The notes beneath the pieces are model-generated. The model was given only the letters and a program-made list of their open reading frames with translations, had not been told where the DNA came from and did no database searches. A DNA stretch of 54,374 bases, filler included, from Streblomastix strix (taxonomy: Eukaryota): assembly GCA_008636045.1 (NCBI GenBank). It is 2 parts of 2 records of this genome, joined end to end, with 100 filler letters (N's around TTAATTAATTAA, not from the genome) between each part and the next. Parts side by side here need not be neighbours in the genome. Positions count along the whole stretch, not along the records: positions 1 to 27,150 come from SNRW01000149.1; positions 27,251 to 54,374 come from SNRW01000150.1. One strand, 5' to 3'. Below, piece after piece: positions 22,222 to 33,553 of this stretch (the stretch's first letter is position 1; the number at the start of each line of letters is the position of its first letter). The position numbers and the translations under genes were made by a program.

Positions 22222-24587
22222 ATGGAATCAAAAGACAATCAAGCACAAACTAGCCAATCATTAACAATTCAAGAACGAATCTAAAATTTATTTGTGAATA
22301 CTTATGATTATAATAAATTTTCTATCATTAGCAAGACAGGCAAATCATGTTCAGGTAGAGCAATCGACATATCAAAATGTTAAAATCTTGCTGTTGTTGA
22401 TATTGATATAAATAAAAATTTAGATAAATTAATTTAAAAATAAATTCGAGAATCTATCGTTGAAAGACTGCCTTAAAATTTGGGATTAATCAAAACAGTA
22501 CATGGAGGGCTTCATATTTATTGCGATATCAATGGATTTGAATTATAGAGAACATCAAATGTATAAGTTTATAAATGTGATAATTTTAATGTGGATATAT
22601 TTGCATGTGTTGATGATAAACAAAGATGGATTATGTAATGTGGGTCAAAAATACGCGATAGAGTTAAAGCAACAAAACAGATGGAAGATTAGAACGAATA
22701 TATTGGAGAAATTAAAGTTATGTATTAATATAAAGCTATAAATGATTATTTAAATAAAACAAATTTAAGTGATTTAGGACAAATTTTGAACATATTTGGA
22801 ATAGATTTAGATGCTAATTAATAGGTTATGCCAAACTAAAAGGAATAATATAATGAGTAAGAAAAACTACTAATACAACCAACTGGATTAATCGATATGA
22901 AAAAGGATTTCGTGATTATGTTATGAAAAGGAATTAATGGTCTTGAAATATATAACGACTCTTAAGGTCATAATTTAAATGATGAAATAACTTAACTTCC
23001 ATTATTTGCAGCAATTAATAGTAAAATTAATGTTGAAGGAATTGATAATCAATACATTTAAGATATATGTGAAAAAATAAAAATTAATAATAAATTAACA
23101 GAAAGAGCAAAATAATTATTTGATATAGCTAAAAAAAGATATGAAAAAAAATAATCTCATCCGTTTATTCTATAAAAAATAATTAAAAAATATATATCTA
23201 AAATATTATTAAGAATATATGTAATGCCTATGCTAGTGAATGTAAAAAGATGTAAAAATTAAATTTAAGCATAAAAAATTGATTTAAAAGATAGTTTCAC
23301 ACTATTCGACATGTAATAAAAGTTATAAAATGGTACCTATAAATATAATGAATATGAACCAATAGCTCAAGACCTAACCAGAATATTACGATATGCTCTA
23401 TGTGATGGAGGTTAAGTATTTATAGTAAAATAATACGATGCAATAAATTAAAAGAATAAATTTTAATATATGAATAAAACAGCAGCTTATGATTAGTTAT
23501 AAATGGTTAGATTATGGGAAGATGGATAAAAGAAAATAGCATTAAACATGTTCTAGAAAAATGTAATCCTTTATTTGCACTGAGAGCAATAAAATTTATG
23601 AGTGATGAATAAGATGTTTTCAGTATATTTTAAGGCTATAAATATTAATAATTATCCGCGGTTAATGAGGACCTTATTAATGATTATTTAAAATTAATAT
23701 ATGAAACAATAGCAGCAGATGATGAAAATTTAAATAATTATATTCTAAATTGGATTGCATTTGTTATATAAAATGTATGTATTAAATCAGAAGTAGCATT
23801 GATATTATAAGGCAGTTAAGGAATAAGCAAGAATAGATTTACAGATGTTTTATGTGAATTATTGGCTGGTTATTCAATTAAAAATATAACAGATATTGAT
23901 GAATTTACAGGCAAATTTAATTCTGTCGTTGAAAATATAATTCTTGGAATAGCCAATGAACTTAAAAATTTTGGAGAAGCGAGATATTCAAATATGGACG
24001 CGTTGAAGTCAATAATAACAGATAATCAAATAAGAATAAATGAAAAAAATTAACCGCGTAGAACATCGGAAAATGTAATGAATTTGATAATGGTAACCAA
24101 TAATGATTTCCCTATCAAGATTGAAGCAAACGATAAGCGTTATGTTGTATGCAGATGTAAAGCAGTTCATAAAGACGACGGTGAATATTTCACATCTCTA
24201 TCTAATGGTTTCACAACTGAATTTTACAATAATTTATTTACTTATTTTTTGACTAGAGATATAAGTAATTGGAACTAAAGAATCATTCCATTCACAGAAG
24301 CGAAAAAGGACATAATTAGGGCATCAAGTTCATAGCTTGATGATGTAAGCTTATAAAATTATCAAGCGTTTAAGGAAGGCGTGCCTTGCACTATAGCATT
24401 ATAATTTAAACCATTCGATGTTAAAGAAAAATCATTTTAATTAAAGCTCAAAAATAAATGTCAAAGAATTAGAAAAACAATTAATGAAATACGAACATGG
24501 ATATATAAATTGAATGACGATTTGAAAAAATTATATGATAGATTAAGAGAAGAAGATAAAGATGCCAAATAAGACATTAACGCATGA
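22222..24587 (+). pseudogene. AEP primase-polymerase fused to a D5-like SF3 helicase (~790 aa), disrupted
   Basis: AEP motifs AVVDID, TVHGGLHIY, VDIF; helicase YILNWIA, LILQGSQGISKN, GIANE, MVTNNDFPIKIE...RY; TGA near 22924, frameshift near 23545. Confidence 0.9.
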
Positions 24588-24613
24588 AACTATTATTATT
24601 TTTCATTAATAAA

Positions 24614-24727
24614 TTGGCCAGTTGTCCAGTAGGCCATAGCATTTTATAAAAGTTTTCGTCTCAATCCACCCAATCGACTCGGTCCAGTCAAAAGTCATTC
24701 ATTATCCACATCAATTATTCGTGTTAA
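24614..24727 (+). repeat. A-type intergenic motif downstream of the primase-helicase
   Basis: Slightly degenerate copy ~200 bp inside the right-TIR copy. Confidence 0.9.
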
Positions 24728-24809
24728 TTTCGTAAAATTTTATGATGTTTTATGACTCAATCCACCCAATCCAATCAAATGTTCAAAATTCAATGAAATA
24801 AATAATAAT

Positions 24810-25360
24810 TTGGCCAGATGCCCAGTTGGCCACAGCTTTTTATAAAAGTTTTTGACTCAATCCACCCAATCCACTCGGTCCAGTCAAAAGTCATTCATTA
24901 ATGAAGCCATTTATTCGTGCCAATTTCATTAAAATTTATGATGTTTTATAATTCAATCCACCCAATCTAATCCATTAATTATTATCAAACAAATATATAT
25001 TATGTTCAATTTTATAAAGGTTTCATTAATGAATTCACCAATAATTTTAGGTTTCCATTAATAAAATTCATCAAAAAATTCCATCAATCTCAGCATTTAG
25101 TTATGAGAATATGGAGTGTGCCATACGTTCAAATATCAGCATTATTAATCGATTCATTAATCTATTTCAATTTCCATATTCAATAATCATATTCAATATT
25201 TTTCAAACAATAATTTTATTTCAAATGTTTATTTTCTTTTGCATTATTTATGATACCATATTTATTTTAAATTATTTATTATCATTATTTATTTTCTTTA
25301 TTTTATTTTCATTTTTTCTTATTTTTCAATGTGGGCACTCTCCATATTCTCATAACTACT
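24810..25360 (-). repeat. Right terminal inverted repeat of element A, including a motif copy at 24810-24923
   Basis: Ends ...CACTCTCCATATTCTCATAACTACT, the reverse complement of 3107 onward. Confidence 0.95.
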
Positions 25361-25366
25361 ATCAAC
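25361..25366. repeat. Right 6-bp TSD ATCAAC
   Basis: Same hexamer as 3101-3106. Confidence 0.95.
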
Positions 25367-27150
25367 TTTCTAACTGGACTCATTTATCATATACTATAAA
25401 AATTAAAAATTAAATAATAAACTTTATTTTTATGAGCATCAGTTTGTCAGAATAAACTAAAGATATTCATTAATTGTCATATTTCAAATCATATAATCAA
25501 CTCTCTGACGCGTCCTTCAACCATTGATAACAAATAATCAACATTAACACGATGAGCGATAGCTTGAAAACAAAAAATTTTTCGATTGAAAGCTCAAAAA
25601 AAATCTACACATTTTTTCTCGTCCTTTCTTAACTTTTATTAAAATAAAAATTTTTATTTTACAAAAAATTATTTTCGAAAAATGAATATAATCTCCAAAA
25701 CGAACATACGTGAAAAGTGAAAACACACAAATTTTTTATAACTCAAGAGCTGATATAACATTTATTTACATCATCAGTTCACATCATCAATTTGAAATAT
25801 CAACCCTCGACTACCATCTCGAGCGTGATTAGTGAAATTTTGCCATTTTTCAAAGTTCGATGCACCTCTCAAATCATCAAAATATAACATCATTTCCTTT
25901 AAAAAAGCATTAGGTCAAAGTTACAAATATAATTTCGTTTAATAAGACTAATTATAACAAAAAGTCAGCAGGCTGGCATATTTTATCAACATCAGCAGTT
26001 AGTAAAAGAAAGGACAAACCTAAGAAAAAAAGTCTCATTTATCGATTATCATAAGCCATTACCGTTTTGTTACTTTTATTATCTTTAAATCAATTCATAA
26101 CATTTATATTCTTCATGTAAGAAAACAACATATGAAAAAAAAACAAATGAAAATAGTAATGGCTTTATCATTAATTCCAACCGCATTAGCAACAAGTTCA
26201 ATTGCATCATCAATTTGCAAAATATATAATCATATGCAATACTATAAAAACCACCTCTTGTATATCTTTAAAAATAATTCATTTATATATCCAACATTTA
26301 AAAAATTAACTCCATAAAACCTATTAAATAATTTTAAATAATATCAATTTTCAAATAATTTGTTATAATTTTATTATTTAGATAATTACCTTTTTTTTTC
26401 TTATGCTTGTACATTCTTTTACTAACTACTAATATGACATAAATATAAACTAAAATATAATCATGTAAAACGAAATATTTCTCAAAACTCGATAATAAAG
26501 AATTTTTCAATAATTCATTTAAAGTAAATTTTTTAAATTAAATTTTTCTAAATAAATTTAGAAAGAATTAAAAATATTTTAAAGCATTGTATTTATAATT
26601 AATTTTTAATTAAAATATGGAACTTGAAAAGTATGTGACAATATTTGCATTTATCACATAATTTAAAATGAATAAAAATAATATTTAATGATAAAAACTA
26701 AGAAAAAAAATATATAATAATGTTATAAAGTCTGGACTTATTTAGTAATAAATTTTTAGAAGTAATATCTATCTTGCCAAAAAAAATCAGTAATACATGT
26801 ACCGTTAATCGGAATAGTGCTAATACAGCAGACGAGTTGTAACTCCAGGGTGATTTTTCTGCGGAATTACCAGAATTTTTATAAGAAAAGTGCAGTATTC
26901 CGGAAACAGCCTTTGAGTGAAAATATTTATTTATTATTCAGTATAAAATGTTTAATTTAAATGAAATGTGGCAATTTTGAAAGTTTGAGAGATGAAATTT
27001 TGAAAATCTGTTATGTTAGTTTCTCTTGTGATATTAGTAGTACATATATTCGCACTCCCAGGATCCAGCCATTTTGATGCTGTACTGAATGGTTCTATCC
27101 CTCTACGGCTGCACAAAGCAACCGAGGATAAAAAGTCACGTAACGTCGAT

Positions 27151-27250
27151 NNNNNNNNNNNNNNNNNNNNNNNNNNNNNNNNNNNNNNNNNNNNTTAATT
27201 AATTAANNNNNNNNNNNNNNNNNNNNNNNNNNNNNNNNNNNNNNNNNNNN
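27151..27250. other. Artificial contig spacer (44 N + TTAATTAATTAA + 44 N)
   Basis: Symmetric N runs around a six-frame stop linker. Confidence 0.97.
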
Positions 27251-27378
27251 ATTTTTAACTAATTATAGAAATTAACTGCCAAAGTGCCAATATGTCAATG
27301 GATATGAAACACAAGTGTATTTCTCATGGCTGGCATCAAAAATAAAATCAATTGGTATTTCATAAATTGTTTTATTTT

Positions 27379-27681
27379 TCATTGATTCTACAATTATATT
27401 CTTCGACTCTATATATTAACGGGTAATTTTTATCTTAAATATTAATCATTTCTCAACGTATCAAAATCTTATCTAAATTAACCAATTTTTTCTGCACCAT
27501 AACCATATTCAAGATATGAACTAGCAATATCTAAACATTTATCTACTGTTTAGACGACAGGAACTATTGCTCCAAAAAATGGTTTTGCAAATGATTTTAT
27601 GAACTGATCATAAACGTTATCATTAGCCCAATAAATACCTTTCCTTACTTTTTTTAACTAATTGATTTATTTTATAGTCAT
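27379..27681 (-). CDS. Homologue of the amphipathic protein of A
   Basis: ...KKVRKGIYWANDNVYDQFIKSFAKPFFGAIVPVVQTVDKCLDIASSYLEYGYGA... Confidence 0.7.
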
Positions 27682-27798
27682 TTACTACTCACATCAATTA
27701 ATTGTATCAATTTTATATATATTTCATTAATAATTTTCATTAATCAACAGTTTTATATTTCCTTTAGTGTTTATTTAATTATTTTGTTTTATTATTGA

Positions 27799-29523
27799 AT
27801 GTAAAAGATAAATAGATTTTTAATGAAAGCCACACAATTACAACAAGCGGGGACCGTTGAAGAAACGTTGTTAGGTAATGCCGTTGTTCTATTTACTAAT
27901 GACAGAAAACATCATTTTTCTATCAAGGAAATTAAACTAGAATCATAAATGCTAGCTTTTTTGATAAAGAAATAATCATTATTTTTTATTAAATATAGAC
28001 CACGACATCATATAGATTTAATATTCTTTCTTGTCGGTAGTGCTAACGGCTAATATTTAGCTTGATGAAAATTTTGATAAAATTGACAAATCATATATAA
28101 ACTGATTGGTTCTATTAATAGGTCTCAAATCAGGTTCAAATCTTATTAAAGAATACACCATCTATCACAGAGGTAAAACTTTTGATGGAAGTCTATAGAA
28201 TGATACAACAACTAAATCATTCATTTATAATACAATCAAGCCAAAAATGCGAGAAAAATAATAAAAAACATATCCATTTTTTGAATGAAAATTTTCATAA
28301 GTTCGATACGTCAGCGTGTGGAACATACATAAGTATGCGAGAGATTGAAGAAATAATAGGAAATCAAAAAGTCATTCCATATACAATTCCAATACGTTTC
28401 AGAGTCAGCATTCCATTTGATAACCTCTTGATATTCTCTGCATTTACTGATTATCTTAACGAATTATTTGGTGATTTAAAAAATAAAATTCAAAATTAAT
28501 CCTTATGCATTCGTTTTCAGTTAAGCAAATCCAATTATTTCAATCGCTGAATATTATATAATGAATAAATATGAATTATTGGGTAGTAATCAATAGAAGT
28601 TAATGGATATTGAACTGATGTTCAGAAATTGGAGTCTGACATACTAATATACTAAATAATTTACATAACTGGGATGCACTGTTGACTTGATTATAGGACT
28701 CCATGCGGAACCACTAACTAAATCAGGATTGAAGAACTTATTATGCAACATCAAACCAGTTACTATGAGCATAAAATATTATGTGATTACCGAGGTAACA
28801 GCTAACATGGCAGGTTATCAATCTACTGATGCACTCCATAATCGAGCCCGTTAATTCTACAGCTAACGACCATTTGTTGTCCCTGCCTAGTGTGTGGAAA
28901 TATGGCAATTTCCAACATCTACTACATTAATGGAAATATGAACTTCTTAAAATATTCCTCTTTCTCACGTAACGAATTTCTGTCTATTATTTCCGAAAGA
29001 TGCAAGAGCTACGACATTTTTTGAAAACCGTTGCTATTTGAACATGCAAGTAACCACCTGCGGTCGCAATTTCACCGATATGCCTATAAATACGCTTGAC
29101 AAGTAATTCTTCAAATTATAACTAAATGCGTCAAATCTTTACCTGTTATTCGAAGCTACTGTTGAATTTGTAGATGCTTTGACAATACTAAGAAATAAAG
29201 CGATTCGAAGACTTAATCAGCACTGTGATTTGACAAGCTTTTTGATAACTCTTTAATGTGAGAGAAACAGCAATGGAGCATTAACTTTCGATGGTCTAGA
29301 CAATCAGAACTAAAACGCTTCTGTAGAACTCAGAGGAGCAACAATATATCAAGGAACAACAAATTTATATTATAATGTCGATTCAAGTGGAAAGAGACCA
29401 CCACCTCCGATTTTATGTACGGTTCATGATACATTTTGGTTGTTTTCACCAGCTGCAGATGGAAGCTGCATATATGATTCAAACTATTCTTTTGATGAGG
29501 TTATTGGAAGATTTAATTCTTGA
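27799..29523 (+). pseudogene. Probable major capsid protein of B, frameshifted
   Basis: Collinear with 13783-15504; ends PPPPILCTVHDTFWLFSPAADGSCIYDSNYSFDEVIGRFNS*. Confidence 0.7.
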
Positions 29524-29660
29524 AATAATTAAACCATTATTTGATAACAATTATGTTTTTTTATTTATATATATAAATATCACCTAAATATTAATAATAA
29601 CATTAATTAAATTGGTTAATAAGTTATATCAGCTATTATTTTTATTTTATTTTATAATAA

Positions 29661-30059
29661 ATGGCTTCAAATATGACTTCAGTATAAAATTTATCATTTT
29701 GTCCTTTAACACAAAATGATGGAGTTATAATCGGAGAAAACGCCCAAGTGAGTAGAGTAGGTTTTGCATCACCATACACGTTTGTAAATTCAGATAATTA
29801 AAGAAAAATAATATTCTGCTAATGTCATTGTTCAAATTAAAGCACTAACGAAGATGTTTCTGTTCATAGCTCAATGATTCTAGAAGAATAATATTTTGGT
29901 TAATTTGTAGGCTATTGTAATGAATAACGTGTTTATAAGCTTTTCATCCAATATATCCACAACAGTTATTTATATATACAGTTCCGTTAAAACAAAGAAT
30001 TATTGGATATTAATTAATCATAATTAAAATTTGTTCTTGAATTGATGTTGGAATATTGA
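29661..30059 (+). pseudogene. Probable minor capsid protein of B
   Basis: MASNMTSVQNLSFCPLTQNDGV...LKFVLELMLEY*; collinear with 13246-13641. Confidence 0.6.
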
Positions 30060-30244
30060 AAAAGTTGCTGGAACAAAAACCTCCTAGCAGTTTGACGCAT
30101 ATATTTTTGTTCAAATCATCGGGTGGCGCTTGGGGGAGAAAATGTACCCTAGAATCTTTTGCGTACGAGTTAATGTTCAAACAAATATGATTATAAAATT
30201 AATCGTTTTATTTTTCTATTTTTAATTTTTTTAACGAAAAATAG

Positions 30245-30880
30245 ATGACAGACACAGAAACTTCAACCATTGATGAATCAATTATCGAATCAATTTACGA
30301 GTCGATTAGCGAGTCAAATAATTGGGTTCCATTAAATATAGATACTGATTATAAAATTTTGACTGAGGAGCCACATACAATTAGACGCTTTAAGGACAAA
30401 TTTATCCCTAAAACAACATATAACAAACCATCAAGTTATAATTAAAACAGGTTAAATGGAACAACATACATATATCATCGTATTAAAGCAACCCAATTTA
30501 TTTCAAATCTTGATAATTTACCATAAATGGACGATAAAAATCAAAATAAACTAGACAACTAAATCGAAAATTTACGTTAGGTAAATAAATCAGAAAATCA
30601 GAAAAATATGGGTAATCATGGAAAAAATATAACATACAATTATTTAAATGAATTAATAGATGACGCAATAGTGGAAAATGATTATGGAAAATATTAATTT
30701 GAATTTAATTATTTGGATAACAATAATTTTTATTTCTATAACCGATTATAATATCGTGAATTGCACATAAATGAGCATTAATCTGGTGCGATTTTTGTCT
30801 ATGCATTGACACAGACAATAAATCACGGCGCATTTACCTTAACAAATTAAAGATATTACACGATATTGAATTCTGGACAA
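30245..30880 (+). pseudogene. Free-standing HNH (homing-type) endonuclease, degenerate; 3' end approximate
   Basis: YHRIKATQFISNLDNLPQMDDKNQNKLDNQIENLRQVNKSENQKN resembles the HNH pattern HR..A..F..N..NLP.VDH.N.N..DN...NL.W....EN; the catalytic His appears replaced by Asp. Confidence 0.8.
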
Positions 30881-30908
30881 AATTTTAATTTATTTTTGTT
30901 GAAATATA

Positions 30909-31285
30909 ATGGAAAGAATCTTGTTCGACAACAGAAAAAACAATTAATTTTAATCAAAATTATAAATAGAAACGGATGAGTAAGAAGAAGAATTGCAATT
31001 TAATGAGAAGATCGAAGGTTAGGCTAACGGACATACTAAAGAAACTAAATATTTTGAGACTTTAAACGATTTCAAATAATTTATTTCCTAAAATAATAAA
31101 AATTATCTAAACTAAAAACGTAGAAATTAAACAAATTATATAAATTTGAAGTTTATAAGTTATCTAAAGTTGAAAGTCAAATTTGTATAAGAACTTATGC
31201 AAAAGATTAATTGAATAGGATTGAGTATAAATTAGACTAGTTTTTGGATGTTCTGAACCATTTTGTTTAAGCGCTGAAATAAATG
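30909..31285 (+). pseudogene. Small hypothetical protein, probably frameshifted
   Basis: MERILFDNRKNNQFQSKLQIETDEQEEELQF...KYFETLNDFKQFISQN; no counterpart seen in A. Confidence 0.45.
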
Positions 31286-31367
31286 ACTTTAAGTGTTCAG
31301 AGTGTTCCGAATGTTTCGAGTCAGAAACTTTCATCAAAAACTGCTACCAGATTGCCATTCTGCCAGA
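31283..31367 (-). repeat. B-type intergenic motif at the ATPase 3' end
   Basis: AGTGTTCAGAGTGTTCCGAATGTTTCGAGTCAGAAACTTTCATCAAAAACTGCTACCAGATTGCCATTCTGCCAG. Confidence 0.9.
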
Positions 31368-31380
31368 TTCATTAACGTTT

Positions 31381-32169
31381 TCAGATTATTTTAACAACAA
31401 TTCCACTCATTTCATATAATACCACTAATTCTAACTATTTAATTAGTCGTACATACTCATACCATATTGTTTCTTTATCTGATGGTATTGAAGATTAATA
31501 GAAAAATTAATTAAATTTTAATCTGATGAATGAGCCGAAATACTATAATGAATCAAAATTAGATTTAATAGCAGCATCTAAACCAATAATGTCCTTTAAA
31601 CTTTGAAAGTATGTCATTCTGGGTTATCTGTTCTTAAATAGCTTTATAATCAGTGGATAATTTTTATTTTTAAATATATTCATTGCATCGTCAAATAAAA
31701 CAATTGTATGAGGAAATTTCTCGTTAAAATTATCTTCTCCACAAGCTCCAAATATATTGGTTAATATATCATTTTTTGATTCTTCCGTTAGCTCTTTTTA
31801 TAATTATTTTTCTTAAATTTCATCATACGCTTATTTGCATTCAATCAAATCATTCAACACTTAATCCGCTTCTGCATATGGAATAATTTTAGTCGGTATT
31901 TTAATTAAATTCTTCATCTTTTTATAGGTGAAGTCATTATTTGAGTCGCTGACATATATGAACAATGTATAACAATGTTTTTTTAATTAACTTAATTTAA
32001 TTGGCTCTTTGAAGACGTTGTACGTCTTACCAATACCACGTTAATCTATCAATAAAATTACATAATTATATGTAAAATTTAATTCAATATGAATTGTTGT
32101 TTAAATTTCGTGCTTATTCACTATTATTTCTTTTAACATGTTATCTACTTTTTATGTTAAATTCGCTAT
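31381..32169 (-). pseudogene. Packaging ATPase of B (same 789-nt length as in A; start codon ATG replaced by ATA)
   Basis: Walker A DQRGIGKT, Walker B IVLFDD, KNRQPR. Confidence 0.88.
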
Positions 32170-32211
32170 TTTTATATAATAAAACATATTATTTTATCGG
32201 TAAGAAATAGA

Positions 32212-33304
32212 ATGTCAGAATTAACTGAATAACAAATTCAATAAATAGTTAATGAAGAAGAAAGAGAAGAATTTGAAGCAGAAAAAAGGCGGAAGTTGAT
32301 AACAAGGTTCACGTGGAGGTTTGATGGAAATTGATGGAATGAAAGATGATTACGATTATTATGAATCACAAGCTGCAAGATAAAACAGAATGAAATAACG
32401 GACAAAATCGTTTGGTAAGCTGCCATTTCATCCATCAATGAGTCAAAGAACAAGAAAGCATGGATGCCCATAATTTAGAGAAAAGGTTGGGGATGTCCTT
32501 GCTACACTCGTTGGTTATTAAAACAGAGAATTTAAGAGAATTTATAGGTTGTCGTCTGCCGTTAGTCTTCAAAAATACATATTAGAGAAACATTTAAGCA
32601 AATGATTTAGTGTATCAGAATAGGACTTAGATGATAATGTAGCAACAACAGATAATGTTGTTGTTTATGAAAATAAAAAGAATGCAATTTATTCAGTCGA
32701 TGGTTATACAACAGCTGTAGGATTTGGAGACCCAGGACATTAACATAAAAGAAATTGGAAGAAATAATATAATACAGATGTTAATGTTTTAGAATGAGCA
32801 GCATTGGCTGCAAAATTAAAATAATAAGGAATAAATGGCGGTCCTTAAATGAAATGGCTATCAATAACTAAGCCGCATAAAGTAAGATAAATAAAACTAC
32901 AAAGTTTCAGATCATTCATCGCAGATGCAAAAAAAATCATAGACCAAAATGGAGGCGCAAATTTGTCAATATTTACCAAATAACAAATAATAGCATCTGC
33001 TTGAAATACTGTATTTATTACTCCTGCTTTAGAAATATTAGAAAAATAAGACAGAAAAATAGACTTATGTAACAGAAATAATAAAACAAGTGTAAAATTA
33101 GGAGATTACGAATTTTTACCAATTGCTAAAAGAGTATATAAGAAAGAACTATCTATAATTATTGGTCAATTATATATTGATAGTCAGGTTGGTAATAAGA
33201 TTGGATAAGCACTTGCGCAAGCAATGTAATATTTAGGTTATAGTCTAGCATAGAGATAATAAAATATCAATGGTTATAAATTAGACAAATAAAAATTCAT
33301 TTGA
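32212..33304 (+). pseudogene. Homologue of the ~357-aa hypothetical (core-like) protein; several TGA
   Basis: MSELTEQQIQQIVNEEEREEFEAEK...QGSRGGLMEIDGMKDDYDYYE. Confidence 0.72.
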
Positions 33305-33339
33305 ATAATATTTATAATTTTTATTAATATTTTTCATTT

Positions 33340-33453
33340 ATGGCAGATTGGCAGTCTTGCAGCAGTTTTTTGATGAAAGTTTCTGACTCGGAACACTCGG
33401 AATACTCCGAACACTCAAAAGTCATTCACTATTCAATCCAATTTTTCGTGCAA
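33340..33453 (+). repeat. B-type intergenic motif upstream of pPolB
   Basis: TGGCAGATTGGCAGTCTTGCAGCA...GACTCGGAACACTCGGAATACTCCGAACACTCAAAAGTCATTCA. Confidence 0.93.
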
Positions 33454-33553
33454 TTTCCGATGATTTCATTTATGGTTTTCATTCCAGGGCAATCAGTTCA
33501 ATTAATTAATGAAACAATTAATGTAATTATTATTTATTTTTTATTATTAATAA

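Larger units (their letters stand above)
3107..25360. mobile_element. Element A: complete Polinton/Maverick-like endogenous DNA virus, 22,254 bp
   Basis: TIRs beginning AGTAGT and ending ACTACT, 6-bp TSD, and genes for rve integrase, pPolB, packaging ATPase and capsid-like proteins. Confidence 0.95.

Noticed and set aside
5635..24587. TGA reassigned or read through (e.g. as Trp or Sec)
   Set aside because: In-frame TGAs align to Ser, Arg, Cys, Gly and Trp positions in sister sequences and were not seen shared between A and B; they are ordinary nonsense mutations
26780..27150. Open code-6 frame on the minus strand at the contig end
   Set aside because: No start, no recognisable motif, and long open frames arise easily when only TGA stops
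27195..27206. TTAATTAATTAA palindrome as a biological site
   Set aside because: Standard six-frame stop linker inside N padding
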